A DNA stretch of 64,000 bases, from NCBI RefSeq assembly GCF_009914755.1, contig NC_060932.1, one strand, 5' to 3'. The DNA comes from the human T2T-CHM13v2.0 reference genome, Homo sapiens. The notes under the pieces were generated by a model. That model was given only the letters and a program-made list of their open reading frames with translations, was not told where the DNA came from and did no database searches. Each line of letters starts with the position of its first letter. Positions within the stretch are counted from its first letter, which is position 1. The translations under genes and the position numbers were made by a program. This document shows, piece after piece, positions 1 to 14,199 of this stretch.

Positions 1-2014
1 TCATTAAGCACATTATCTGGAGTTTATGTGGATTGAGGCTACAAATAGCTGGCTGTCAATTGGTCAATGAACTGGACATTATAACGTGATCCTTTTAGGA
101 AATGTGCAAGCAATTCTTGGTATTGTTTGTAAAGTACTGTGAGAAGAAAATGTGAGACATATATAAAGTAATATTCTATTTATCAAACAATGAGGTATCA
201 CTGATCTGGTGTCCTGGTTTGCATCTAATTAAACTCATATTATTATAGATATTACTGCATGCCCTGTGCCACATATCGGTTTGGTCGTAAGAGAATCTTA
301 AGTGTAAGTGCTGAGATCTGAGAGAATAAACTCTGTGTTTCCAAGAAGCCCTCAGGATAAAGTGTCTTCTCTGCCTTTTTCTTCTGACAACTAGTTAGTA
401 CTTTTTAAAAATTGAAATCTGACTCCACTTAGCTTGGGGCAACGCTGCTGTGGTCATCATGGATCACAAAGTATTGTGGCCTCTTTAGAAGTCTGAGTGA
501 ATAATTTAATAACGGCCAATAAATATAATAAGTTCCTTCAGCCTAACCCTGCCCTTACTTGTGGGACCGATTAATAAAGGTGAAAAGTGAGTCATGTAAG
601 TGGTGCATTGATTCTTTTAGAAGCCATTGAAATACTCTGACCACAAGGGAAATCATGGAGACAAGATTTGGCTGAGCTATATGGCCCATCAGGGATAGAC
701 CCGTGAGTGGAGTGCAGGAGGGTTGCAAACTCCTGTCTTCTCCAGATTCCAGCTAAATGCCTCCATTTAAAAAATGTTCTGGACAAATTATTTTTAATAT
801 TCAACCCTAAAGTTGAGTTTTTGGTTGACCAGGATGGTTGGGCCATGAAGCAGTGGTGGGATATAGGGAGAAATGAAGGACAAAGTTTATGTCTAGTAGC
901 AGGGCACATGGTTTCACATAAAGTAAATTCATTGCATGGTTTGTTAAAGATTCTAAGGACAAGAGGTGAGACATAAATATAAGTCAAATTGTTCATCAAA
1001 TAAAACAATTTTCCTTGCAAATGGACATTCAATGATGACAGAAAAAAGATCAAATGAATGTAGCCTGATTTTTTCAGAATAAAAATGATTTTAAAATTTC
1101 CAATTCATGCTTCCATCCTTTATAACCAATAATATAAACAGATGCACAGGCATAAAAAACCAAAGCAAAACACTAGATTTTTTTTCAATTATCAAGAATT
1201 CTGATAGAGGAATCTCCCAAGAAAACTCTACTATATTCAATCCAGAAAGAGCTTATTGTATTTTATTTTCGCTTCCATTCTAAGAGACCCGTTCATGGTG
1301 TATAAGTATTTTATGAGCCACTGCTTTATCTTCCAGAGAACTTCCAACACTAGTTGCTTGTTAATTACCAACTATTTCATAGTTACTTTGAAATTCTAAA
1401 ATAATAATTACTATGAACATATTCCATTATTTTATAAGAAGCCCCCTGTGATGCACATTTTATTAGCAGAACGAACATGATTGCTACTTTGCTTGTATGT
1501 TTTATTTATTTCCATACAGGTTTGATTCCTTTGCAGCTTCTCATTTTTGCCTGTTGTATAATTCATGGTTTATACAATATTATAGTAGGTATATGACACC
1601 CTCATTTTATTAGCTACACTATAATTTCCACACCATATACAAATGAAGTTTGGCTGGGGAAAGTTTTGTTCATTTGTTTACTTATTTATTTAATTTTACC
1701 TTTTGGCATAAAACATATTTCTAAACCATTTCCTCAAGACACTTTTTGCACTTGAACCCATATTTTAAAGTTTCTGTTAACCTCCTTGGACACAAAATAA
1801 CATTTTAAAAGACCAAACAACCACATTAATTGCTGTGGATTTCTGCATCATGTTGGTATCTAACAGGAAATTTGAAAATAATATGTTTATAAAAGCAAGA
1901 GCTAAGTAGAGTCTGACTTCAATCAATGGGAATTTGATATGTTGAAATTGAAATGCAGTCATACTTCATCAATTTACTTATGACATTTAATCAGAATTGG
2001 TATCATTTATGATA

Positions 2015-2311
2015 TACATATACATATTTTTTGACAGGGTCTTGCTCTGTTGCCTAGGCTGGAGTGCAGTGACACGATCTGGACTCAATGCAACCTCTGC
2101 CTCCTGAGCTCAAGCCATCCTCCCACTCAACCTCTCAAGTAGCTGGGACGGCAGGTGTGTACCACCACACCTGGCTAATTTTTGTAATTTTAGTAGAGAC
2201 AGGGTTTCACCATGTTGCCCAGGCTGGTCTCGAACTCCTGAACTGAAGCAATTCACCCACTTCAGCCTCCCAAAGTACTGGGATTACAGGTGTCAGCCAC
2301 TGCACCTGGCC
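2015..2311 (-). mobile_element. Alu, old subfamily (AluJ-like)
   Basis: Full dimeric Alu in reverse with J-type motifs (GACAGGGTCTTGCTCTGTTGCC, CTCAAGCCATCCTCCCAC, CATGTTGCCCAGGCTGG). Probable TSD catttatgata (2004-2014) / catttttgaca (2312-2322). Tail partly decayed to a TACATA-like repeat. Confidence 0.93.
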
Positions 2312-2673
2312 CATTTTTGACACTTCCATCAATTATAGGATGTAAAGGAATTTATTTGTCCAATAGTGACTAAAGTACCACTAGCTCATTGAGATCAATT
2401 TTAAAAGGTTAAACATAGGGATTCAATTTTCAAACTATTTTAGCTTTTGTATTTTGAAAGGTTTGCACAAGAATTCAAGTTAAGACATTACTTTGGCTAT
2501 AAAATTTCTGAAACCATTTCTTTAAAGTATCTGCTTTTTTTTACTAGTCCTTTCATTTTTTTTTTATTATACTTTTAAGTTCTAGGTACATGTGCACAAT
2601 GTGCAGGTTTGTTACATATGTATACATGTGCCATGTTGGTGTGCTGCACCAATTAACTCGTCATTTAGCATTA

Positions 2674-5000
<2,327 letters not shown>

Positions 5001-5063
5001 TACGATGTTAGCTGGTTATTTTGCTCGTTAGTGGATGCAGTTTCTTCCTAGCATTGATGGTCT

Positions 5064-6089
5064 TTACAATTTGGCATGTTTTTGCAGTGGCTGGTACTGG
5101 TTGTTCCTTTCCACGTGTAGTGCTTCCTTCAGGAGCTCTTGTAAGGCAGGTCTGGTGGTGACAAAATCTCTCAGCATTTTCTTGTTTGTAAAGGATTTTA
5201 TTTCTCCTTCACTTATGAAGATTAGTTTGGCTGGATATGAAATTCTGGGTTGAAAATCCTTTTCTTTAAGAATGTTCAATATTGGCCCCCACTCTCTTCT
5301 AGCTTGTAGAGTTTCTGCCGAGAGATCTGCTGTTAGTCTGACGGGCTTCCCTTTGCGGGTAACCTGACCTTTCTCTCTGGCTGCCCTTAACATTTTTTCC
5401 TTCACTTCAACTTTGGTGAATCTGATAATTATATGTATTGGAGTTGCTCTTCTTGAGGAATATCTTTGTGGTGTTCTCTGTATTTCCTGAATTTGAATGT
5501 TGGCCTGCCTTGCTAGGTTGGGGAAGTTCTCCTGGATAATATCCTGCAGAGTGTTTTCCAACTTGGTTCCATTCTACCCATCACTTTCAGGTATACCAAT
5601 CAGACGTAGATTTGGTCTTTTCACATAGTCCCATATTTCTTGGAGGCTTTGTTCATTTCTTTGTATTCTTTTTTCTCTAAACTTCTCTTCTCGCTTCATT
5701 TCATTCATTTGATCTTTAATCACTGATAAACTTTCTCCCAGTTGATCGAATCAGCTACTGAAGCTTGTGAATTCCTCACATAGTTCTTGTGCCATGGTTT
5801 TCAGCTCCATCAGGTCATTTAAGGTCTTCTCTATGCTGTTTATTCTAGTTAGCCGTTCGTCCAATCTTTTTTCAAGGTTTTCAGCTTCTTTGCCATGGGT
5901 TCAAATGTCATCCTTTAGCTCAGAGAAGTTTGTTATTACAGATCTTCTGAAGCCTTCTTCTCTCAACTCGTCACAGTCATTCTCCATCCAGCTTTGTTCC
6001 ATTGCTGGTGAGGAGCTGCATTCCTTTGGGGGAAAAGAGGCCCTCTGATTTTTAGAATTTTCAGCTTTGCTGCTCTGGCTTCTCCCCAT
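5064..6089 (-). pseudogene. ORF1: L1 ORF1 (RNA-binding protein), disrupted
   Basis: N-terminus MGRSQSSKAENSKNQ... (5901-6089) and C-terminus ...ENTLQDIIQENFPNLARQ...REKG...ARREW...YPAKL...LQKHAKL (5064-5561) are separate ORF fragments interrupted by stops/frameshifts. Confidence 0.95.
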
Positions 6090-7098
6090 CTTTGTGGTTT
6101 TATCTACCTTTGGTCTTTGATGATGGTGATATACAGATGGGGTTTTGGTGTGGATGTCCTTTCTGTTTGTTAGTTTTCCTTCTAACAGTCAGGACCCTCA
6201 GGTGCAGGTCTGTTGGAGTTTGCTGGAGGTCCACTCCAGACCCTGTTTGCCTGGGTATCACCAGCGGAGGCTGCAGAACTGCAAATATTGCAGAATGGCA
6301 AATGTTGCTGCCTGATCGTTCCTCTGGAAGCTTCATCTCAGAGGGGCACCTGGCCATATAAGGCCCTTACTGGGAGGTACCTCCAAGTTAGGCTACATGG
6401 GGGCCTGGGACCCACTTGAAAAGGCAGTCTCTCCATTCTCAGATCTCAAACTCTGTGCTGGGAGAACCAGTACTCTCTTGAAAGCTGTCAGACAGGGACA
6501 TTTAAGTCTGCAGAAGTTTCTGCTGCCTTTTGTTCAGCCATGCCCTGCCCCCAGAGGTGGAGTCTACAGAAGCAGGCAGGCCTCCTTGAGCTGCGGCGGG
6601 CTCCACCCAGTTCGAGCTTCCCAGCTGCTTTGTTTACCCACTCAAGCCTCAGCAATGGCGGCCGCCCCTCCTCCAGCCTTGCTGCCACCTTGCAGTTCAG
6701 TCTCAGACTGCTGTGCTAGCAGTAAGCAATGCTCCATGGGCGTGGGACCCTCCAAGCTATGCGCGGGATATAATCTCCTGGTGTGCCATTTGCTAAGACC
6801 ATTGGAAAAGCACAGTATTAGGGTGAGAGTGACTCAATTTTCCAGGTGCCATGTGTCACAGCTTCCCTTTGCTAGGAAAGGGAATTCCCCGACCCCTTGT
6901 GCTTCCCGGGTGAGGTGATACCTCACCCTGCTTTGGCTCACGGTCCATGGGCTGCACCCACCATCCTGCACCCACTGTCCTACAAGCCCCAGTGAGATAA
7001 ACCTGGTACCTCAGTTGGAAATGCAGAAATCACCTGTCTTCTGTGTCACTCATGCTGGGAGCTATAGACTGGAGCTATTCCTATTCAGCCAACTTGGA
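6090..7098 (-). promoter_or_regulatory. L1 5'UTR (internal sense promoter plus antisense promoter region), CpG-decayed
   Basis: Lies upstream of ORF1 and matches L1PA 5'UTR. The 5'-terminal YY1 motif (GGCCATCTTG on this strand) reads AGCCAACTTG, i.e. mutated. Confidence 0.75.
6655..6918 (+). CDS. ORF0: L1 antisense ORF0 homologue, open 87-codon frame (in frame with upstream ATG at 6397)
   Basis: Translation MAAAPPPALLPPCSSVSDCCASSKQCSMGVGPSKLCAGYNLLVCHLLRPLEKHSIRVRVTQFSRC... is collinear with primate L1 ORF0 (MAGAPPPASLPPCSLISDCCASNQRDSVGVGPSE...RFSRC). Kozak context gcaATGg. Expression is not shown by the sequence. Confidence 0.6.
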   Translation: MAAAPPPALLPPCSSVSDCCASSKQCSMGVGPSKLCAGYNLLVCHLLRPLEKHSIRVRVTQFSRCHVSQLPFARKGNSPTPCASRVR

Positions 7099-7379
7099 GG
7101 ATGGCCTTCCACCCTCTCAATTTTTACTGAGCATCCACTACCTGCTGCACAGTGTGCTAGGCCATAAAAGATGGTCGAAACCAAGGTCTGGTGTTAAAAA
7201 CACAGGAATAGGAGGATAGTGGTTCTAAAATAGCCAGATGGTTTTTGAGGAAGCATAGCCTATTGGAAAGGATATCGGACAGAAGATTGGGAAGGAAGGT
7301 TACAGCCAAAATATAGGATGCATTAAATGTTAGGCTAAGGAATTCATTTGGAGTAATAATTAATGTTATCAGGTTCTAC

Positions 7380-8830
7380 TTAAACTATTTCTCTAGCCTC
7401 CTAACTGATATCTTTGCTCCCAGGCTCATCTAATATTTATCTACCCATCAAGGTGAGAATGGTTTTCCAAATTGTAAATCTGCTCCAATCACTCTTTTAT
7501 ATACCTTTCTACACAGTTTCTGATTTCTTAAAATCCAAACTCCTGAGCTAAGCACACAAGGCCATTCATGTTCTGTCACCTGATTTCTTCCACAGCTCAT
7601 TTCATTTATCCCCACCTGATCTTCCAGCTTCTTAAAGTATCTTAAAAGCATCATATTTTCTCAGTTTGCAACCAAGTCCTCTCTGAACAAAAAGGCTCCT
7701 GGATACCATTTTCATCTGTGTCCTTCATTTCTTTCTAAAAAGAGCTCATAGAGCATCCTTCTTTTGGATGTCCACTCTTACAAAGTCAGTTTAGTTTAGG
7801 CATTTCCACTCTGTGCTGCCATGGAATGCCACAGAATGCTGTACATACCTCTATTTTGAAAATTCTATTATCAAATTGCCCACTTATTTAAAAGGTTTCC
7901 CCTAATTCACTGTGACCTCCTTGAGGAAAGAGATTTCGGCTTTTCTCTTTATGTAGAAGGACTACAATGGATGTTCAAATACATATTGGATAAAAGGATG
8001 CTTAAGCAATATGTGGCATGATTTGGGATGTGCTTTAGAGAAAGTAATCTAGCAACAGTGAGAATTGGTTAACAGAGACAAAAGAATACTGAAATGTGGG
8101 AGACCAGGAAAAGTTGAGGAGGTCAATGTCACAAACATTTTGGCCTTATCAGTAGCTAATAATTACTAATGTCACTATGCAGACTCTACTGTGAGAACTA
8201 TTTTTGCTCTTATGGCTTTGACTATTACCCATAGCTAGATTACTTCCAAATTAATATTTCCAGTCTTTATCTGCCTCATAAATTTCAGAGAGGCACTGGA
8301 ATGGAGTAGAAATATGGTGTTTGGAGTCAAATAGATCTGAGTTTCTATTGGGACTCTGACGTTCAACACTATTTGTTGAGCTAGTCTTCACCAACATATT
8401 AAAAAAGTCAGAGCACTGGGCTTTTTCTGGGCAAGAGGGACAATTTTTATGATGAGGAATAAAGTGTAAATTGGGTAAGGTTTACAACAGAGTCCTCCTA
8501 TGTCCAATTTCAGTGCTTCCTTTCAATCTTCACATCCTGAGAGAGATCCTTCTAAAATCCAAGTCTAATCTTGGTAGTCCCAAATTTAAAAATCCTTCAA
8601 TGGTTAATCTGAAGAATACAGTCTAATATTTCTAGTCCAGCCCAAATGCATAAGTCTTTGCCTTTCTTTCCAGTCTCATGCTCAAGCCATGGTCTCTTAT
8701 GTGGCCCAGATAGTGCCACTGCTTTCTTGAATTCATGCCTTGGTAGGACTGTTTCTTTTATCAGGGTTCATTTTTAATTCTTCTCTTGATGAACATCTTC
8801 ATTCTTCACGATAAGCCTAACTGAAGTTTT
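7380..8830 (+). mobile_element. Decayed L2 fragments with an intervening MIR-like piece (about 8290-8400)
   Basis: L2-like phrases (ctagcctcctaactg..., aaatccaaactcctgagc...acaaggccattcatg, aaaatccttcaatgg). Highly diverged, boundaries approximate. Confidence 0.55.
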
Positions 8831-9627
8831 GGGGATGGAGGCAATTTCTGAATCTGTAATTAAGGGCATTAATTTCCTCAAAGTGTATGTTAACGTGCAT
8901 ATTAAACTGCCCTCATGTTTACGTAACTATCCAAATAAAATGTATGTGGAATCTTTTATGTGGCTTATACATTTCAGGTTATGGAGGGCTATAATGGCAG
9001 AGCAAGACACACATGGTCCTTTCACAAAGCATGCGATGTGAGCTAGTTGAAGTATATGAGTTATTTATGTGTAAACTTCACTCATGTTTAAGTGGACATT
9101 CCACTGAAATTTACATGGAAGCCTCTATATGACTCATAAAATACTAGGTACTGAGGTTACAGTGGTGACCAAAAAACACATAGCCCTTTCCTCAAGGAGG
9201 TTACATTTTGGTTGATAAAAGAAGGTTCAGCTAAATAAGGTAAAATAAGCTTCTATTTAAAGCAGGGCAGAGAAAGATCTTCCAGATGTTTTTAACTTCT
9301 TCCTTGTAATGGAATAGAATGGTGATAATGCTTATTGTGCTCCAAGATTACAAACTAGATAAGAGATATGTGCTATCCCAGTGCCAGACTCTCAGGGGAG
9401 ACAGATGAAGCAGCATTGCCTTCAAGGTAATATCTGTACGAATGCTGCATTCCATGCGGATGTATTCGTAGCATTTCAACCACCAGTCAGCTTTGAATCT
9501 GTATTCTAGAATATCCAGAATCTCATTTCTAATGCCTGAGGAGTTCACAGCCATAGAAGTCGAGTCATTGTTCAAAGTACTGTATCTTAAACTCAATTAA
9601 AGGATGTTTAGGCAATCCTGGCCAAGG

Positions 9628-9670
9628 AAAAAAAAAAAAAGAAAGAAAGGAAAGAAAGAAAAAAGAAAAC
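9628..9670 (+). repeat. A-rich / (GAAA)n low-complexity tract
   Basis: A13 followed by gaaagaaaggaaagaaagaaaaaagaaaac. Confidence 0.85.
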
Positions 9671-10170
9671 CAAGAAACGCAGGTATATTCTAAATGAAAA
9701 TGGGTCACTCTAAATCAGTTATCCAGGATGGTTTGTCCATCTCAGCAAGAAAATAGAGTAACTTGCTTTCAGCTATTTGGAGAAAAATAAAATTTTGCAA
9801 TTCTAATAAATAATGAAAATACCTCCCTGGAGTTTTTGAGTCTATTCTTAAATATATCCATTTTGGAATATAAATTCCTTTAGGGCAAATATTGTATTAT
9901 GTATAACAACAAGAAATGGCATCTGCTTTATAAATATTTTAGAAACCCCAGAAACTAATTGCTGGGGGAGGGGATTCATTGGTTATTAGTTCCACAAGAA
10001 GAAGCAACTGTTGCAGTAGCACCAATGTGTAGGATGATTGAAACCCTAGACTCAGAGATAAATTGAACCAGATTGCTAGTTAGGATAGTGATGAAAACGA
10101 AGAGCTATTTCTTCTTCTCCAGTCTTCAGAAAAGATATTCTTTAGATATTTCATTATATTATCTCTATGG

Positions 10171-10309
10171 CAATGTTTCTCAACCATGGCCACATATTAG
10201 AATTATCTGGAGTGCTTATAAAAGATACTAATGGCTAAATGTCACTCCTGGAAATTCTGGGCTAGGGTTTAGACATTCTGGTGTATGCAATCAGGGTCAA
10301 AAATCACTG
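10171..10309. mobile_element. MER5-like hAT-Charlie MITE with intact 8-bp TSD
   Basis: Imperfect TIRs CAATGTTTCTCAACC / GGTCAAAAATCACTG, flanked by identical ctctatgg at 10163-10170 and 10310-10317 (8-bp TSD typical of hAT elements). Confidence 0.8.
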
Positions 10310-10632
10310 CTCTATGGGGTGTTACTTACATTTGTTTTTCATTTTATGTAGAATGAACTCATGGTGACAGCCAAGGGTCATTTTTCCAGGTCAATGTCTC
10401 TCTGGCTTACCTTCCCGTGTCCTCACAGGATTAAACTGCTGCTTAGGTCCATGTAGCAATCTTCATCCTCAGATATTAGCAGTCCTGAAATGAGTACTGC
10501 TGCTGCTAAGACCCATAGGTTGATTCCAATCCTCTGATAGACTAGCCCTGATTTTTTAAAAACATCTGGGTTGTAGGAATCTGTAAGTGATTCTTGAATC
10601 TGTTTATACTAGTTCATAAAGTAGGAACAACT

Positions 10633-10698
10633 ATATATATAAATATGTATATATATACATATTTATATATATACATATATATATACATATATATACAC

Positions 10699-10759
<61 letters not shown>

Positions 10760-10764
10760 TATAT
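10633..10764. repeat. (TA)n / (TATACA)n / (CA)n compound microsatellite
   Basis: Directly visible, including a long pure (TA)n run around 10706-10749. Confidence 0.97.
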
Positions 10765-10773
10765 AATACTTGG

Positions 10774-11151
10774 TGTTATGGCTGAATGTTGCCTCCTCAG
10801 ATTTGTGTGTTGAAGTTCTAATGCCCAGTAATTTGGAATGTAACTGTACTTGGAGTTAGAATATTTAAAGAAGTAATTGCCTTGAAAAGGAGGTAATTAA
10901 TGTGGGCCCCAATCCAATAACTGGTATCCTTATAAGAAGAAGAAATATGGACACACACATGTACTGAGGAAAGGAAAGATGATGTGAAGGCAGGAAGAAG
11001 ACAGGCATCTACAAGTCTAAAAGAGAAGATCAAAAGAAGCCAGTGCTGCTGACACTTTGATCTCAGATTTCAAGACTCCAAAAATAAATTTATGTTGTTG
11101 AAGTCACCCAGTCCGTGGTATTTTCTATGGCAGCCCTAATATATGAATGCA
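10774..11151 (+). mobile_element. MLT1 (MLT1A/B-like) MaLR solo LTR
   Basis: Starts TGTTATGGCTGAATG, contains gggccccaatccaataactggtatccttataagaag, AATAAA at about 11083, ends ...tatggcagccc...atgca. Confidence 0.85.
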
Positions 11152-11321
11152 ATTGATTACTGCAAAATTCATGGTGGTAGAAATTTGCTGATGTCCTCCA
11201 TAACATTCACTTTTGGGAGAGCCTTTTTTCCCAATAAAAATATCCTAATTTACTGTTTAGAAATTAATTATTTCTCCATTCTTTGCCAGGTAGTTTTTCC
11301 TAACTCAACTTCCCACTCTAA

Positions 11322-11718
<397 letters not shown>

Positions 11719-11829
11719 GCAGTGAGGTATTTTATAAGGCTTCTAGATTAGGAAAAATTCCTTTCCCCGTGCAGTTATAAAAACAAGACATTCTCTTTCT
11801 ACTGGACATACCTGGTGAATGGTAGAGCT

Positions 11830-12065
11830 CTGGATTTACCCCTCATTTTTTTTTAACAGTGAGAAAAACTTGACTGAGAATGAGACTAATAGGTAATCAG
11901 TGCAGAAATATAACTAGGAAAATGGAATTTTAGTTATATCTTTTAAACTCTTGATCAAACTCCACCTGATTGAACAACTTTTCGAGTATTTAGTATTGTG
12001 AAGAAATAAACCTTCATGGTTAAGCATGTTGAATTGGGTTTTCTTTTATTTATTGACATATAAAT
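11830..12065 (+). mobile_element. Old MLT1 (I/J/K-like) LTR 3' fragment
   Basis: ...ttgtgaagaaataaacc...ttaagcatgttgaattgggttttc... resembles the MLT1 LTR 3' end. Confidence 0.45.
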
Positions 12066-12099
12066 AGTCCGATATGGTGCATTGTTACTCTATGAGATT

Positions 12100-12460
12100 C
12101 TCTCAAACATTGTTGTCATATTATGCTTACACAGAATCCAGTCTTTACTCTGGTCCACAAAGTCTTATATTGCCTGGAGTCTTGCCTATTTCTTTAATTC
12201 TATCTCCTACTACACTTAACCTGATTCATTCTGCCTTAAATACATTGGCCTTCCCAATAGGACCAAGTTAATTTCCACCTCGGGACTTTTGTAAGTGCTC
12301 CCTCATCTGCCAGAATATTCTTCCTCCAGATCTTCATATGGTCTGCTCATTTCCGAGAGCTAAATTTGTGTTCATCTTGTTTACTACTCTCTCTCAAGTG
12401 TTTAGAATACTGCCTGGTACATCATAAGCACCCAGTAATAGCGCAAATGAATGAGTGACT
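12100..12460 (+). mobile_element. L2 3' fragment
   Basis: Ends in tagaatactgcctggtacatcataagcacccagtaa...aaatgaatgagtga (L2 tail). Confidence 0.65.
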
Positions 12461-12479
12461 TAAAACAATGAAAAATACT

Positions 12480-13259
12480 CTTCCTGTTCTGACTTTTGAA
12501 GACCTCTCAGATATTTTCCAATGAGAGACATGGCTTGAGTTATGTATCTATGTCGACATCTTGAAGCACAGAGAGCTGATGTCAGGGGAGATTTGGGACA
12601 ATTACCATGCTCTTGCTTCATACGTTTGTTTTAGGGTCTTCAAATAAGTCAAGAAAGATAGATGCAGGCTAATTCTGCTGGCAAGAAGCACTCCTTAGAG
12701 TCTGCAACTTCGCAGGGCTCAAATGATCCAGAGTCACCTGAATTTAATGAAATATCCCCAAGCCAAGTCTTAGAATTACAGTCTTTGGCAATTAATGCTT
12801 TTGTATTTAGATAAAAGAGCTATTGGGATTGTGAACTCAACTTATGCTGTAATTAAACAACCCCGATGATCAGATTTTGAACTAAATTTTTGGCTAAATC
12901 AACCTTTAGAGAGAATGTCTTCTATGGTTTTTTGGCCTACTGACTGTGGCTTGAACTAAGAATTTCAAAATATTGCTTATAATTTTATTTCTTTAAATGT
13001 AGAGAATAGCACATTCTTTTTATGTATTCTCACATAACATTCTTTAGCAGCCACTCTTTGATATGCTAAAGTTCCTGCTTTCATAGGCACTTCCTTGCAG
13101 GTGTTAATACCACAGGAAACAATTTTATAACGTTTTTGTTGATGTGTCCCTTGGATCACCAATATCCTATTTTCTAATGACATCTGGAACTCATTTCCTT
13201 GAAACCCAAGCAGGTGAGATAATCAATACCAGATTCCATCCTTGATGATCTGTCTGCAT

Positions 13260-13260
<1 letters not shown>
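12480..13260 (-). mobile_element. ERV-L class (HERV16/ERV3-16A3/ERVL-E-like) internal leader and gag remnant
   Basis: Minus-strand translation near 12860-12700, LQHKLSSQSQ*LFYLNTKALIAKDCNSKTWLGDISLNSGDSGSFEP, aligns by eye to the ERV-L gag motif LQRKLNSQP...VRALIGKEWDPETWxGD...EP. It lies directly downstream of a minus-strand LTR end. Confidence 0.65.

Positions 13261-13262
<2 letters not shown>

Positions 13263-13300
<38 letters not shown>
13263..13300. repeat. (GT)19 microsatellite
   Basis: Perfect dinucleotide run at the LTR/internal boundary. Confidence 0.98.
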
Positions 13301-13303
<3 letters not shown>

Positions 13304-13500
13304 TTGTTGGATTTTAATTGTAAGAAACTGAAACCACTTAAAATTTTTTAAGCAGAAGGAGATTTAATAAAAGAAACAGGTGCTTATGGTATCAGTGGAG
13401 GGGTGAAGGAGTGGAATCTGGTCAGCAACTCCAGTAATGACTCTTGAGCACAACCACTGAATTAGCCCACCAGGGGTGTAGCTGCCTCTGCCATAATCTG
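13298..13500 (-). mobile_element. Old ERV-L/MaLR LTR 3' part (LTR16/LTR33/MLT1-like)
   Basis: ttgtaagaaactgaaaccacttaaaattttttaagcagaaggagatttaat resembles the reverse complement of class III LTR ends. Confidence 0.55.
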
Positions 13501-13775
13501 TTTTCCATGTTTGGACTCAGAGTGATGTCGTTCAAATATAATATGAGCAGCCTATGACAAAGTCCAAAATAATTAATGGACTTCCTTTGCTCTTTGGATA
13601 AAGAACAAATTTCTTACTATAACTTTTTAGGTCCCTTGTGGTGTAGACCATACCCTCTACTGTGAATTTTCCTCACACTATGTTTCCCATTTCCTGCATG
13701 CCAGCCACACTGTTTTCTATCTTTTTTGCTTTCCATGCTCTCTCATAGGAGGAAACTTGGCAAACTTTGGTAGAC

Positions 13776-13922
13776 AGGGTCTGTAGTTTCACAGGGTTCA
13801 AGTAATGCAGAGTCATTTTGATTTAACAAGACATCCCTATGCCAGGTCTTAGGACTGCAATCTTTGGCAATTAATGTTCTCGTATTTAGATTAAAAAGCT
13901 GGTGAGACTGTGCACACATCTA
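13776..13922 (-). mobile_element. Second copy of ERV-L gag segment (paralogue of 12697-12842)
   Basis: Ungapped alignment to 12697-12842, about 75% identity by hand count. Translation ...NTRTLIAKDCSPKTWHRDVLLNQNDSALLEP... Confidence 0.7.
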
Positions 13923-13929
13923 TCTATCC

Positions 13930-14150
13930 CATCCACTTTTAATTTTCTGGCTCCCTTGTAGTTAGGCTTTATGATATGATTTTGGATTCCAGTAATCAGA
14001 TATAGCTATTTAACCTTTATATTCCGAAAGTGAAGTAAAAGTCATTTTCTTGCTGTTTAGGTGTCTCAGTGAAAAGTACAAGGCCTGAGAATATTGAGTG
14101 TTTCAGTAGCAGTATTCCAAGTCCAGTAATTAGCTTGAGGGATTGTTGGT
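13930..14150 (+). mobile_element. LTR33-like LTR fragment
   Basis: ggctcccttgtagttagg...atgat...aatcagat resembles the LTR33 5' part. Confidence 0.4.
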
Positions 14151-14199
14151 CCCGAAAAATTCCCTACCTTTCTGATTGTGACAACTTTGCTTTTGTTTT

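Noticed and set aside
592-1053. 153-aa minus-strand ORF and overlapping 89-aa plus-strand ORF
   Set aside because: No recognisable domain, non-ATG starts and no convincing exon structure. Treated as chance ORFs.
10594-10785. Y/I-rich ORF
   Set aside because: Translation of the (TA)n microsatellite.
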